Below, one piece after another: positions 23,695 through 36,984 of a DNA stretch of 64,000 nt. Within the stretch, counting starts at the first letter, position 1. Each line of letters opens with the position of its first letter. A model generated the notes under the pieces. The model searched no databases, was not told where the DNA came from, and saw only the letters and a list, made by a program, of their open reading frames with translations. A program made the translations under genes and the position numbers. The stretch is from Squalus acanthias (lineage: Eukaryota): assembly GCA_030390025.1 (NCBI GenBank), contig JASTWF010000034.1, positions 744,001 to 808,000 of the forward strand, written 5' to 3'.

Positions 23695-26600
23695 ATGGGA
23701 CAGTGCAGAGAGAGCTTTACTCTTTATCTAACCCTTCCTGTACCTGCCCTGAGAATGTTTGATGGAACAGTGTAGAGAAATCTTTACACTGTATCTAATC
23801 CGTGCTGTACCTGCCCTGGTAGTGTTTGATGTGACAGTGTAGAGGAAGCTTTACTCTGTATCTAAACCGTGCTGTACCTGACCTGGGACTGTTTGATGTG
23901 ACAGTGTAGAGGGAGCTCTACTCTGTATCTAACCCGTGCTGTACCTGCCCTGAGAGTGTTTGATGGTACAGTGTAGAGGGAGCTTTACTCTCTATCTAAC
24001 CCTTGCTGTACCTGCCCTGGGAGTGTTTGTGTGTCTCACTCCCTCACTCCCTCTCTCTCTCTCCATGTCGCTACCTCTCTCTCTCTCTCTCTCCCTCAAT
24101 TTCGCTCCCTCTGTCATTCTCTCTCTCAATGTCTATTCCTCTCTCTCTCTTTCGCTCCTTCCCCTCTCTGCTGCCGTCCATCTCCCCATCTCTCGCTCTC
24201 TCTTCGTCTATTCTGCCAACACGCTACCTCTATCCCTAATTGTCTCCTTCTCCCTGTGCACCTCTCTTTTTTTCTCTCTCCCTCTCTCTCTGTTTCCGCT
24301 ATGATTTGTGTCTTGATTGAAAAGTACCCTGAAATATTTCAGCCTGACTGTTTAAATAAAAACACATTTCTGTGACATTTTTTATATCTTAAGCATAGGG
24401 CTCGGAATCTGTTGGCTATATCAGGTTTCACGATATTTGAGTGTTTAAAATTGACTGGGATATTGATACAGAGAATGTTTCAGACATTCCTGCAATGTGG
24501 AACGATGTGAGATCTTTGCATTAGCAGGAAATAGGATTGTTGAAAGGAGATGCGGATTTTGTTTGTTTGAATAGGGTGAGAATTACATCGTGTCTGACTA
24601 ACTTCAAACTCTTCAAACACATGAAGGAACTAGAGATGGGGGTAATACACAAACCTGAGACCCCAGACAAGGGCCGAAGGCAGGTTTGTTCACAGATTAA
24701 CCATTCTCCAGGCTGATAGTTTCGGGGTGATGTCATTCTGGAGGCCTGGGCAAACATACAGAAAGCAGGAGTTCAAATCCCTCCCTGGGCTGTTGTCAAT
24801 TTCAATTCTGTTCTTTCGAAATAAAATAAATCTGGAATAAAAAAACTTCCAAAACAGGATGACTCACTCCCGCCTGGTACTGTGCAGCCGAGTGTGCCGG
24901 ACAGCACAAGGCGGGAGTGAATTGTTGCCTTTTACCCGCTGTGTGTACTGTATAAAGATACAGATTAAAGTCTGTATATTTTGGTGTTTGTGTGTGTGTG
25001 TATGTTGGAGATGGATTTTGGATATATTTTAAGATGGAGATCTAAAGATAAAAATAGTGAGCGTTTAAAATCGGGGATGTTAATAGAAACAAGATTTATG
25101 TAATGAAGTATAAGAATTGCAGGAACCTACTTTAGAAGAAACCACTCTTTGTTAATTGAGAAAGACACAGAAAATACGTTGATTAAACTGATAACGTACA
25201 ATTCAATTTGGATTGAATGTTTGAAATAGGAGATTAAAAATTGAGAGAACAATGAAGTTTGTTTCCCGCTTTTCTTGGGGAAGTACCTAAAATAATTCAA
25301 CACTTTTCATGATAAGAGCAGGGATTAATATTTTGGAGAATGTTTGAGAGAAAAACATTAGAAGCGAAATAGGTAAATTTTAAATCTTTAATTAAACATA
25401 TGAATAAACATCTCCAAGTCAGTCTGACTGGTTCTGCTGGCCAGGAAGAAAGACATATGATTATTTCTGTTCAGTCATAGCTTTTCCTGCTATGTGTTTA
25501 TAATTAGGTGACGCAAATTCTGTGTATATTTGTCAATTGTAAATTAACAACAATAAGTCACATTTCTGTGACAATTTTTTATCTCTTAAACGATTGAATT
25601 TGTGGCTCGGAATCTGGCTGGTAAATCTCGTATAATTACCTGAAAGATTTGAGTGATTAAAGTTGATCTAGGATATGGGATGAAAAGTTTTTTCTGACAT
25701 TCCTGCATTGTGGAACAGTATGATATCTTTGCAGAGGCAGGAAATGGCATTGTTGATTGCTGGCGCAGTATTTGCCCAGGGCAGCACCATGGCTAGGGAC
25801 ATGCTTTTCCTGATCTGCTGCATCCTGTGCAGATCAGAAACAGATTCATATTAATCACCCCAAGACAATGAAATAAGTAAACAATGTCTGACCAACGCCA
25901 GAGACTTCAAGCGCAGGAGATGGTGGAATATATAAAACCCAAGGTTCCCAGACCAGATGAGGCAGCAGGTGTTGGCACACATTCTAGTTCTGCATCTCTT
26001 GTGTCTTTGGAGCAGGTAGGTTCAGTTTAACTTTAAAATGACTCTCTCAAATAATAGGCCTGAGAGAGATCCTGACAGAAATTAAGAACAGACATTCTGA
26101 GAGTTTCAAAGAGAGAGGTGTAGCGATTTCAAGAAATACAAATTTATTAAGTACAGCGAGATACAGAAATATAAAGCGAGATCGCTTTACAGTGAGGCAC
26201 ATAGAGAGAGATGTACAGAGATATAAAGGAAACTGTAGAAATACAGAGCTATGATGAAAAGCATCAGAGATACAGGACACCAGTCTTTATACCACCTGCG
26301 TGTGTGCCCCACTGGTCTCAGAATGTAACCCAGGGAGCCTTACCGCCTGTCTCTCCAAATCTAATAAAACATATTTAATTCTCTTATTTCATCACTCTCA
26401 AATTCCCAGAGAACAACTGAGAGAAACTGAGGACCAGAAAGCAGATTGTGAGAAATACAAAGACAGGGATCAAGTAAAGAACTACACAGATATATTGAGA
26501 GATTAAGGGGCAGAAACAAATTAAACGAGAGATGGATAGAGAGAGGTACAGAGAAAGATGGAGAAATACAGATAAAAATACGGAGCGATGAAAATCGGGG

Positions 26601-28200
26601 ATGCGCAAGCGCCCAGTATTGGAGGAGCGCAGAGATCTCAAAGGGCTGTAGGGACAGAGGAGGTCACAGCGATAGGGAGGGAAAGGCGAATAATAAAATT
26701 GAAGCGTTGCCAGGCCGGGAGTCAATGTAGGTCAGCGAGCACATGGGTGATGGGTGAAAGGGACTTGGTGCGAGTTAGGAGAAACAAAGGCACGGATGAG
26801 GGTTTCAGTAGGTCACTGTGCAATTTCACCTCAAACACTCGCTGGCAAGTACAGCACTGGTTAGATACAGATTATAGCTGTTTCTACACTGTCCCATCGA
26901 ACACTCTCTGGGTCGGTACAGCATTGCGAGATACAAGTAAAAGTGTTTCTACTGCTGTGGAGTAGGACTCTGTAACAAGTGTCCCTGTGAGCAGCCTGTG
27001 TCTCTCCCAGTGTGGAGTCGGACTCTGTAACAAGTGTGCCTGCGTTCAGTGTGTGTCTCTCCCAGTGTGAAGTCGGACTCTGTAACAAGTAGAAACATAG
27101 AAAAATAGGAGCAGGAGTAGGCCATTCGAGCCTGCTCAACCATTCAATATGATCATGGCTGCTGCTCTATCTCAATACCATATCCCCGCTCTCTCCCCAT
27201 ACCCTTTGATGCCTTTTGTGTCTAGAACTCCATCTAGCTCCTTCTTAAATATATTCAGTGATTGGGCCTCCAAAGCCTTCTGTGGTAGAGAATTCCAAAC
27301 GTTCACCACCCTCTGAGTCAAGAAATTTCTCCTCTTTTAGTCCTAAATGTCCTACCCCGTCTCCTGAGTCTGTGACCCCTCGTTCTAGACCCCCCCCAGC
27401 CAGGGGAAACATCCTCCCTGCATCCAGTCTGTCTAGCCCTGTCAGAAATTTATACGTTTTAATGAGATCCCCTCTCATTCTTCTAACCTCTAGTGAATAC
27501 AGGCCTAATCGAACCAATTTCTCCTCATACGACACCTCTGCCATCCCAGGAATCAGTCTGGTGAACCTTCGCTGCACTCCCTCTATGGCAAGTATATCCT
27601 TTCCTAGGTAAGGAGACCAAAACTGCACACAGTACTCCAGGTGTGGCCTCACCAAGGCCCTGTATAATTGTAGTATGACATCCTTGCTCCTGTACTCAAA
27701 TCGTCTTGCAATGAACACCAACATACCATTTGCCTTCCTAACTGCTTGCTGCACCTGCATGTCTGCTTTCAGTGACTGGTGTACAAGGACACCCAGCTCC
27801 ATTTGTACATCAATATTTCCCAATCTATCACCATTTCAATAATACCCTGCCTTTCTCTTTTTCCTACCTAAGCGGATAACTTCACATTTATCCACGTTAT
27901 ACTGCAACTGCCATGTATGTGCCCACACACCCAACTTGTCTAAATCGCTTTGAAGCCTCTTTGCATCCTCCTCACAACTTACAATCCCACCTAGTTTGGT
28001 GTCGTCAGCAAGCTTGTGTCCCTGTGAACAGCGTGTGTCTCTGCTGGTGTGGAGTCGAACTCTGTAACCAGTGTCCCTGTGTGAGGGAACTTTAAAACAA
28101 TTCGTGCTTTAACTGCCCTGGGAATGTTTGAGGGGACAGTGTCACTGGAGCTTTACGCTGTATCTAAACGGTGCTGTACCTGCCCTGAGAGTGTTTGATG
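23695..28200 (+). repeat. Tandem segmental duplication, copy A
   Basis: Same ordered content as 28200-33320: 67-bp satellite, (CT)-rich tract, AT-rich unique DNA, (GA)-rich tract, 55-bp satellite, minus-strand CR1. Boundaries approximate. Confidence 0.88.
27090..28012 (-). mobile_element. 5'-truncated CR1 fragment (duplication copy A)
   Basis: ORF 27245-27823 with [13 protein letters not shown], plus tail. Confidence 0.9.
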
Positions 28201-31200
28201 GAACAGTATAGAGGGATCTTTTTTCTGTATCTAATCCGTGCTTTACCTGCCCTGGGACTGTTTGATGCGAAAGTGTAGAGGGAGCTTTACAGGGTGTCTA
28301 AATTGTGCCGTACCTGTCCTGGGAGTGTTTGATGGGACAGTGAAGAGGGAGCTTTACTCTGTATCTAACCCGTGCTGTACCTGTCCTGGGAGTGTTTGAG
28401 TGTCTCACTCCCTCACTCCCTCTCTCTCTCCATGTCGCTCCCTCTCTCTCTCCCTCAATTTCGCTCCCTCTGTCTTTCTCTCTCTCAATGTCCATTCCTC
28501 TCTCTCTCTTTCGCTCCTTCCCCTCTCTGCTGCCGTCCATCTCCCATCTCTCGCTCTCTCTTCGTCTATTCTGCCAACACGCTACCTCTATCCCTAATTT
28601 TCTCCTTCTCCCTGTGCACCTCTCTTTTTTCTCTCTCCCTCTCTCTCTGTTTCCGCTCTGATTTGTGTCTTGATTGAAAAGTACCCTGAAATATTTCAGC
28701 CTGACTGTTTAAATAACAACACATTTCTGTGACATTTTTTTATATCTTAAGCATAGGGCTCGGAATCTGTTGACTATATCAGGTTTCACGATATTTGAGT
28801 GTTTAAAATTGACTGGGATATTGATACAGAGAATGTTTCAGACATTCCTGCTTGTGGAACGGTGTGAGATCTTTGCATTAGCAGGAAATGGGATTGTTGA
28901 AAGGAGAAGCGGATTTTGTTTGTTTGTATAAGGTGAGAATCTGATCGTGTCTGACTAACTTCAAACTCTTCAAACACATGAAGGAACTAGAGATGGGGGC
29001 AATACACAAACCTGAGACCCCAGACAAGGGCCGAAGGAAGGTTGGTTCACAGATTAACCATTCTCCAGGCTGATAGTTTCGGGGTGATGTCATTCTGGAG
29101 GCCTGGGCAAACAATACAGAAAACAGGAGTTCAAATCCCACCCTGGGCTGTTGTGAATTTGAATTCTGTTCTTTTGAAATAAAATAAATCTGGAATAAAA
29201 AAACTTCGAAACCAGAATGACTCCCTCCCGCCTGGTACTGCACAGCCGAGTGTACCGTAGAGGACAAGGCGGGAGTGAATTGTTGCCTTTTACCCGCTGT
29301 CTGTACTGTATAAAGATACAGATTAAAGTCTGTATATTTTGGTGTTTGTGTGTGTGTGTATGTTGGAGATGGATTTGGGATATATTTTAAGATGGAGATC
29401 TAAAGATAAAAATACGGGATGTTAATAGAAACAAGATTTATGTAATGAAGAATAAGAATTGCAGGAACCTACTTTAGAAGAAAGCACTCTTTGTTAATTG
29501 AGAAAGACACAGAAAATACGTTGAATAAACTGATAACATACAATTAAATTTGGATTGAATGTTTGAAATAGGACATTAAAAATTGAGAGAACAATGAAGT
29601 TTGTTTCCCGCTTTTCGTGGGGAAGAACGTAAAATAATTCAACGCTTTTCATGATAAGAGCAGGGATTAATATTTTGGAGAATGTCTGAGAGAAAAACAT
29701 TAGAAGCGAAATAGGTAAATTATAAATCTTTAATTTAACATATGAATAAATATCTCCAAGTCAGTCTGACTGGTTCTGCTGGCCGGGAAGAAAGACAGAT
29801 GATTATTTATGTTCAGTCAAAGCTTTTCCTGCTTTGTGTTTATAATTAAGTGACGCAAATTTTGTTTATATTTGTGAATTGTAAATTAACAACAATAAGT
29901 CACATTTCTGTGACAATTTTTACGTCTTAAAAGATTGCATTTGTGCCTCAGAATCAGTATGATATCTTTGCAGAGGCAGGAAATGGCATTGTGGATTGGA
30001 GGTGCAGTTTTTGCCCAGGGCAGCATCCTGGCCAGGGACATGCTTTTCCTGATCTGCTGCATCCTGTGTAGATCAGAAACAAGTTAAGGTGTTCATATTA
30101 ATCGCCCCAAGACAATGAAATGGTTAAACCATGTCTGGCCAACGCCAGAGACTTCAAGCGCAGGAGATGGTGGAATATATAAAACCCAAGGTTCCCAGAC
30201 CAGATGAGGCAGCAGGTGTTGGCACACATTATAGTTCTGCATCTATTGTGTCTTTGGAGCAGGTTCAGTTTAACTTTAAAATGTCTCTCTCAAATAATAG
30301 GTCTGAGAGAGATCCTGAAAGAAATTAAGAACAGACATTCTGAGAGTTTCAAAGAGAGAGGTGTAGAGATTTCAAGAAATACAACATTATTAAGTAATAA
30401 AGGAAAGGTACAGCGAGATACAGAAATATAAAGCGATATCGATATACAGAGAGACACATAGAGAGAGATGTACAGAGATATAAAGGAAACTGTAGATATA
30501 CAGAGCTATAATGAAAAACATTAGAGATACAGGACACGAGTCTTTGCACAATCTGCGCGTGTGCCCCACTGGTCTCAGAATGTAACCCAGGGACCCTCAC
30601 AGCCTGTCTCTCCAAATCTAAGTAAAACATCTTTCATTCTCTTATTTCATCACTCCCAAATTCCCACCGAACCAGTGAGAGAAACTGAGGACAAGGAAGC
30701 AGATAGTGAGAAATACAAAGACAGCGATCAAGAAAAGAAGTAGAAAGAGTTATGGAGAGATTAAGGTGCAGAAATAAATTAAAGGAGAGATGGAGAGAGA
30801 GGTAACGAGAAAGATGGAGAACTAAAGGTAAAAATACAGAGCGATTAAATTCGGGGATGCGCAAGAGGCCAGAATTGGAGGAGCGCAGAGATCTCAAAGG
30901 GCTGTAGGGACAGAGGAGGTTACAGCGATAGGGAGGGGCAAGGCGAATAATAAAATTGAAGCGTTGCCAGGCCGGGAGTTAATGTAGGTCAGCGAGCCCA
31001 GGGGTGATGGGTGAAAGGGACTTGGTGCGAGTTAGGAGAGACAAAGGCACGGATGAGGGTTTCAGCAGGTAACTGTGCAATTTCACATCAAACACTCACT
31101 GGGTCGGTACAGCACAGGTTAGATACAGATTAAAGCTGTTTCTACACTGTCACATCAAACACTCACTGGCAGGTACAGCACAGGTTAGATACAGATTAAA

Positions 31201-31399
31201 GCTGTTTCTACACTGTCACATCAAACACTGACTGGGTCAGTACAGCATTGTGAGATACAGATTAAAGCTGTTTCTACACTGTCACGTCAATCACTCCCAA
31301 GGCAGGTACAGCACTATTTAGATACAGATTAAAGCTGTCTCTACACTGTCACATCAAACACTCACTGGGTCAGTACAGCATTGTGAGATACAAGTAAAA

Positions 31400-32202
31400 G
31401 TGTTTCTGCTGCTGTGGAGTAGGACTCTGTAACAAGTGATCATGTGTACAGTGTGTCTCTCCCAGTGTGGAGTCGGACTCTGTAACAAGTGTGCCTGTGT
31501 TCAGTGTGTGTCCCTCCAATTGTGGAGTCGGACTCTGTAACAAGTGTGCCTGCATTCAATGCGTGTCTCTCCCAGCGTGGAGTTGAACTCTGTAACAAGT
31601 GTGCCTGTGTACAGTGTGTGTTTCTGCTGTTGTGGAGTCAGACTCTGTAACAAGTGTCCCTGTGTACAGTCTGTGTCTCTGCTGGTGTGGAGTCGGACTC
31701 TGTAACAAGTGTCCCTGTGATTAGTGTGTGTCTCTCCCAGCGTTTAGTCGGACTCTGTAACAAGTGTCCCTGTGTACAGTCTGTGTCTCTGCTGTTGTGG
31801 AGTCGGACTCTGTAACATTGTCCCTGTGTACAGTGTGTGTCTCTGCTGATGTGGAGTCAGATTCTGTAACAAGTGTCCCTGTGTACAGTTTGTGTCTCTG
31901 CTGGTGTGGAGTCGGACTCTGTAACAAGTGTTCCTGTGATCAGTGTGTGTCTCACCCAGTGAGGAGTCTGACTCTGTAACAAATATGCCTGTGTTCAGTG
32001 TTTGTCTCTGCTGGTGTGGAGTCGGACTCTGTAACAAGTGTGACTGTATACAGTGTGTGTCTCTGCTGATGTGGAGTCGGACTCTGTAACAAGTGTCACT
32101 GTGTACAGTCTGTGTCTCTGCTGGTGTGGAGTCGGACCCTGTAGCAAGAGTCCCTGCGTTCAGTGTGTGTCTCTCCCAGTTTGGAGTCGGACTCTGTAAT
32201 AA
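31400..32202. repeat. 55-bp satellite (TGTGGAGTCGGACTCTGTAACAAGTGTCCCTGTGTACAGTGTGTGTCTCTGCTGG)
   Basis: Period 55 (31691, 31746, 31801). Only about 3 units at the paralogous site 26945-27090. Confidence 0.92.
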
Positions 32203-33133
32203 GTAGAGACATAGAAAAATAGGAGCAGGGGTAGGCCAATCGGCCCTTCGAGCCTTCTCCGCCATTCAGTATGATCATGGCTGATCCGCTGTCTCAATAC
32301 CATATTCCCGGTCTCTCCCCAAACCCCTTGAAGCCTTTTGTCTCCACAAATCTATCTATCTCCTCCTTAAATATATTCAGTGATTGGGCCTCCACAGCCT
32401 TTAGTGGTAGAGAATTCCACAGGTTCACCACCCTCTGAGTGAAGAAATTACTCCTCATTTCAGTCCTAAATGTCCTACACCGTCTCCTGAGTCTGCGACT
32501 CCTCGTTCTAGACCCCCCAGCCAGGGGAAACATCCTCCCTGCATCCATTCTGTCTAGTCCTGTCAGAGATTTATACGTTTTAATGAGATCCCCTCTCATT
32601 CTTCTAAACTCTAGTGAATCCAAGCCTAGTCGACCCAATTTCTCCTCATACGACAGCCCTGCCATCCCAGGAAACAGCCTGGTGAGCCTTCGCTGCACTC
32701 CCTCTCTGGCAAGTATATCCGTTCTTAGGTAAGGAGATCAAAACTGCACACAGTACTCCAAGTTTGGTCTCACCAAGGCCCTGTATGTCTGTAGTAAGAC
32801 ATACTTGCTCCTGTTCTCAAATCCTCTTGTAATGAAGGCGAACATACCATTTGCCTTCCTAACTGCTTGCTGCACCTGCATGTTTGCTTTCAGTGACTGG
32901 TGTACAAGGACACCCAGATCCCTTTGTACATCAACATTTCCCAATCTATCACCATTTCAATAATACTCTGCCTTTCTGTTTTTCCTACCGAAGTGGATAA
33001 CTTCACATTGATGCACGTTATACTGCATCAGCCATGTATTTTCCCACACACCCAACTTGTCTAAATCGCCTTGAAGCCTCTTTGGATCCTCCTCACAACT
33101 CACAATCCCACCTATTTTCGTGTCGTCAGCAAA
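32203..33133 (-). mobile_element. 5'-truncated CR1 fragment (duplication copy B)
   Basis: ORFs 32294-32698 and 32738-32944 with CR1 RT C-terminal motifs. Confidence 0.9.
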
Positions 33134-33464
33134 CTTGTGTCCCTGTGTTAAGCGTGTGTCTCTGCTGTTGTTGTGTCGAACTCTGTAACCAGTATCCTTG
33201 TGTGAGGGAACTTAAACACAATTCGTGCTTTAACTGCCCTGGGAATGTTGAGGAGACAGTATAGCTGGAGCTTTACGCTGTATTTAAACGGTGCTGTACC
33301 TGCGCTAGGAGTGTTTGACAGGAGAGTGCAGAGAGAGCTTTAATCTGTATCTACCCCATACTGTACTTGCGCTGGGAGTGTACCTGCATGCTGACTTTTT
33401 GTGATTCATGTACAAGGACCCTCAGATCCCTCTGTACTTCAGCATTTTGTAATCTCTCATTTTG

Positions 33465-36400
33465 TAGCACCTGTTAGTTATGGGTAAATCTCCCTCTACA
33501 CTGTAACTTTAGATTCTCCCAAGGCAAGTACAGCACGAGTTATGATCCCACTACCCAATCCCACCAAACACACCCAGGGCAGGTACAGCACAGACCTTCC
33601 CTTTTGTTCTTTCCTCCCATCCCCCCTTTCCCTGCCTCTGTACTTGCTTAAAATCTGTTACATCTGTAACATTTTCCAGTTCTGATGAAAGGGCATCGAC
33701 CTGAAACATTAACTCTGTTTCTTTCTCCACAGATGCTGCCTGACCTGCTGAGCAATGTTCCCTGTAAGCTGTGTGAGTGGGCGGCGATCTGTAAGGTCCC
33801 ACGCACTGAAATTCACAGGCGGCGCAGTGAGCTGGAGCGGGCGGAGTGTCCCAATACCCAATGACCGGGTATCCTCACAGAGCCGTTTGTGAACTCACAG
33901 AGCCAATCCCAATTGCAACAACATTTGCTGAGATACAGAGCCCTGGCACCCGGCGAGCGTTGTCTCGAGATTCATTCAGTCCCTTTTCCATGGAGACGCG
34001 TGTAGTCCGTTCCGGGTGACTGAGCGGCGGCCGCACTTTGGAACAACACAGGTGGAGGTGCAGCGCGTATACAATGGTACAAGGGCCGCTGGAAGGAGGC
34101 GAAAACAAACATTTTTTAGCCCCACGGTGAAACAAAGATATGAGAATTTGTTTTTTTGTTAATTCAGAAAATTGTTTAAAGCCGGAAATAGAAATGGGAA
34201 AGTGATAATGAATGTTTCGTGGTAAGTTCCAGTTCAATTTTGCCAGGGCTCGTCCCCTTTCTGAAATAGTTTATCAGGGTTATTTAAATCATGTTGCGAG
34301 AGGGGTGAAAAAGTTTGTGCCCCCGTTTGTACCTCAGAGTCTGAGAGACGGAGGGAACGGCAGCAGAAAAACAGGAAACAACATCTCCAGAAACTGATCG
34401 CAACTCATCGCCAAGGCTGGGGAGAGATAACCTCACCGCCTTCTTAGGAAGTTTAACCACTATATTCACTTTCTGATTTGAGCTCCGTTTGGAACTAGAT
34501 TTGTTTTATTATATTTTGTCGTATGTTTAACGACAGTATTGAAGGGGGAAAGAGAAACTTGGAGCAACTTCTTCTGTCAAAGCTGCAACGAGACTTGAAA
34601 GAATTTAAAGATTTTTAATGAACTTGTCACACAAAATGAGTGTTAAAAACACTTTTTCCCCCTAGGTTTCGAATATGATTTCGGAAGAGACTGAAGCAAA
34701 AGTCAATTTCCCCCTCATCTAAACAAGTTTCAGCCACGGCTTGAAGTCCAGACGCTTTTAAAGAGGTTCTGAAATGCTTAAAATGTTTTAAATTTGAAAT
34801 TTCTCAAGATCTGATTTTGAGTGATCGATGAAGTGATTAGCTTTGCACACACATGCAACCATGGTGTTGAGGAGGGGGAGGCAAGGGGATGATTTGTAGG
34901 AGTTAAATATTACTTTTTAATGACTTTTAAAAATATACCATTTAGGCATTTAGGAAGAGAACCAAAAAAGGGGAAAAACACAAACCATATTATTTTATCT
35001 GTCGTTCTATAGTCCGAACAAATCGCAGGAATAATGTAAATATGGATTTGCTGTTCAATATTTAGTGCCGTGTTAATAGAAACAAGAGTTATGTAATGAT
35101 GTATAAAAATTGCAGGAAACTACTTCAGAAGAAACCACTCTCTGTTTATTGAGAAAGACACAGAACATACTTTGATTAAACTGATAAATTACAATTCGAT
35201 TTGGTTTGAATGTTTGAAATAGAAGATTAAACATTGACAGTACAATGAAGTTTGTTTCCTGCTTTTAATTGCGAAGTACCTAAAATAATTCAACAATTTT
35301 CGTGATAGGAGCAGGGATTAATATTGTGGAGAATGTTTGAGAGAAAAACATTTGAAGCAAAATTGGTAAATTATAAATCTTTACGTCAACATATGAGTAA
35401 ACATTTCCAAGTTAGTCTGGCTGGTTCTCCTGTCCAGGAAGAAAGACACATTCTGTTAAATCACAGCTTTTCCTGCGTTTTGTTTCTAATTCAGTGACGC
35501 AATTTGTGTATGTGTTTTTCTACACTTGTGAATACGTGCTGCATTTCTGACATGTTAAATGGATGGTGTGCTGGTTCAAGAAGACCACGTTTATTAATGG
35601 AAATGATCGAAGTTGAAAATACGGATACACATTTTGTTCAGTTCTTTTTAATACTGCGAATTAAAGAACTACAGCACTTTATATTTGTTGATTGTCTGGT
35701 TGCATTGTGATTAATATTCTATTAACTTACGTGGACGTAATATGTGGATGGAAAATAACGCGGAGAAATCTGAAGTTATCCACTTTGGTAGGAAAAATAG
35801 AACAGCAGAGTATCTTTCAAATGGTGCGAGATTGGCAAATGTTGGTGTTCAGAGGGATCTGGGTGTCCTTGTAGAAAAATCACGGAACGTTAACCTACAG
35901 GTACAGCAAGCAATTAGGAAAGCAAATTATATGTTGGCCTTCATTAGAAGAGGATTTGAGTATAAAAGTAAAGACATCTTATTGCAATTATATCGGGCCC
36001 TGGTGAGACCACGCCTGGTGTATTGAGTACAGTTTTGGTCTCCTTACCTAAGGAGGGATATACTTGTCAAAGTGGGAGTGCAACAAAGGTTCACCAGACT
36101 GGTTCCTGGGATGGGGGGATTGTCCTATGAGGAGAGATTGTGTAGACTATGCCTATATACTCTAGAGTTCAAAAGAATGAGAGGAGATCTCATTGAAACA
36201 TGCAAATTTTTTACAGGGCTTGACAGGATAGATGCAGGGAGGATGTTTCCCCTGGTTGGGGAGTCTAGAACCATGGGTCACAGTCTCAGAATAAGGGGTC
36301 GGCCATGTAGGACTGAGATGAGGAGAAATTTCTTCACTCAGTGGGTGGTGAATCTTTGGAATTCTGTAGCTCAGAGGCTTATGGAGACTCAGTCGTTGAG

Positions 36401-36984
36401 TATAATCAAGACAGAGGTCGATAGATTTATGAATATTGAGGGAATCATGGGAAATGGGGATAGTGCGGGAATGTGGAGATGAGGTAGAAGATTAGCTGTG
36501 ATCATATTGAATGGCGGAGCAGGCTCGAAGAGCCAAATGACCTACTCCTGCTCCTATTTCTTATGTTCTTATGTGCTTAAAGCTCCCTCAATACTGTCCC
36601 ATCAAACAATTCCAGGCAGGCGCACAAAAGCAAAATACTGCGGATGCTGGAAATCTGAAGTAAAACAGAAATGCTCGAAATACTGAGCAGGTCAGGAGCA
36701 TCTGTGGAGAGAGGAACAGTGTTAACGTTTCAGGTCATAGACATTTCATTTGAACAGGCAGGTACACTTGGATTAGATACAGAGTAATGCTCCACTCACC
36801 TCATTTTCACACTCTGATATACCCCACACCATTCACTTTAACAAAGTGATATACCCCTCAGTTTAATCCTCTCTTACATATCCCAAACCTCTCACTGTAA
36901 CAGGCCGATATACCCCGCTCACCTCACATTAATACTCTGATATACTCGACACCCCTCATGAAATACTCTGACATAACCCGCACC
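33465..36984 (-). repeat. Right arm of an inverted segmental duplication of ~8100-12900
   Basis: Reverse-complement matches: 9230-9310 with 35672-35745, 10520-10570 with 34393-34443, 12492-12580 with 33781-33873, 12826-12900 with 33465-33540. Confidence 0.88.
35745..36572 (+). mobile_element. 5'-truncated CR1 fragment (inverted paralogue of 8403-9230)
   Basis: ORFs 35742-36026 and 36072-36482, plus tail. Confidence 0.9.

Larger units (their letters stand above)
28200..33320 (+). repeat. Tandem segmental duplication, copy B (satellites expanded)
   Basis: For example 24321 aaagtaccctgaaatatttcagcc matches 28678, and 28080 tgtgagggaact matches 33200. Boundaries approximate. Confidence 0.88.

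Noticed and set aside
23960..24375. Leu/Ser-rich ORFs (also 28298-28677)
   Set aside because: Translation of CT-rich low-complexity sequence.
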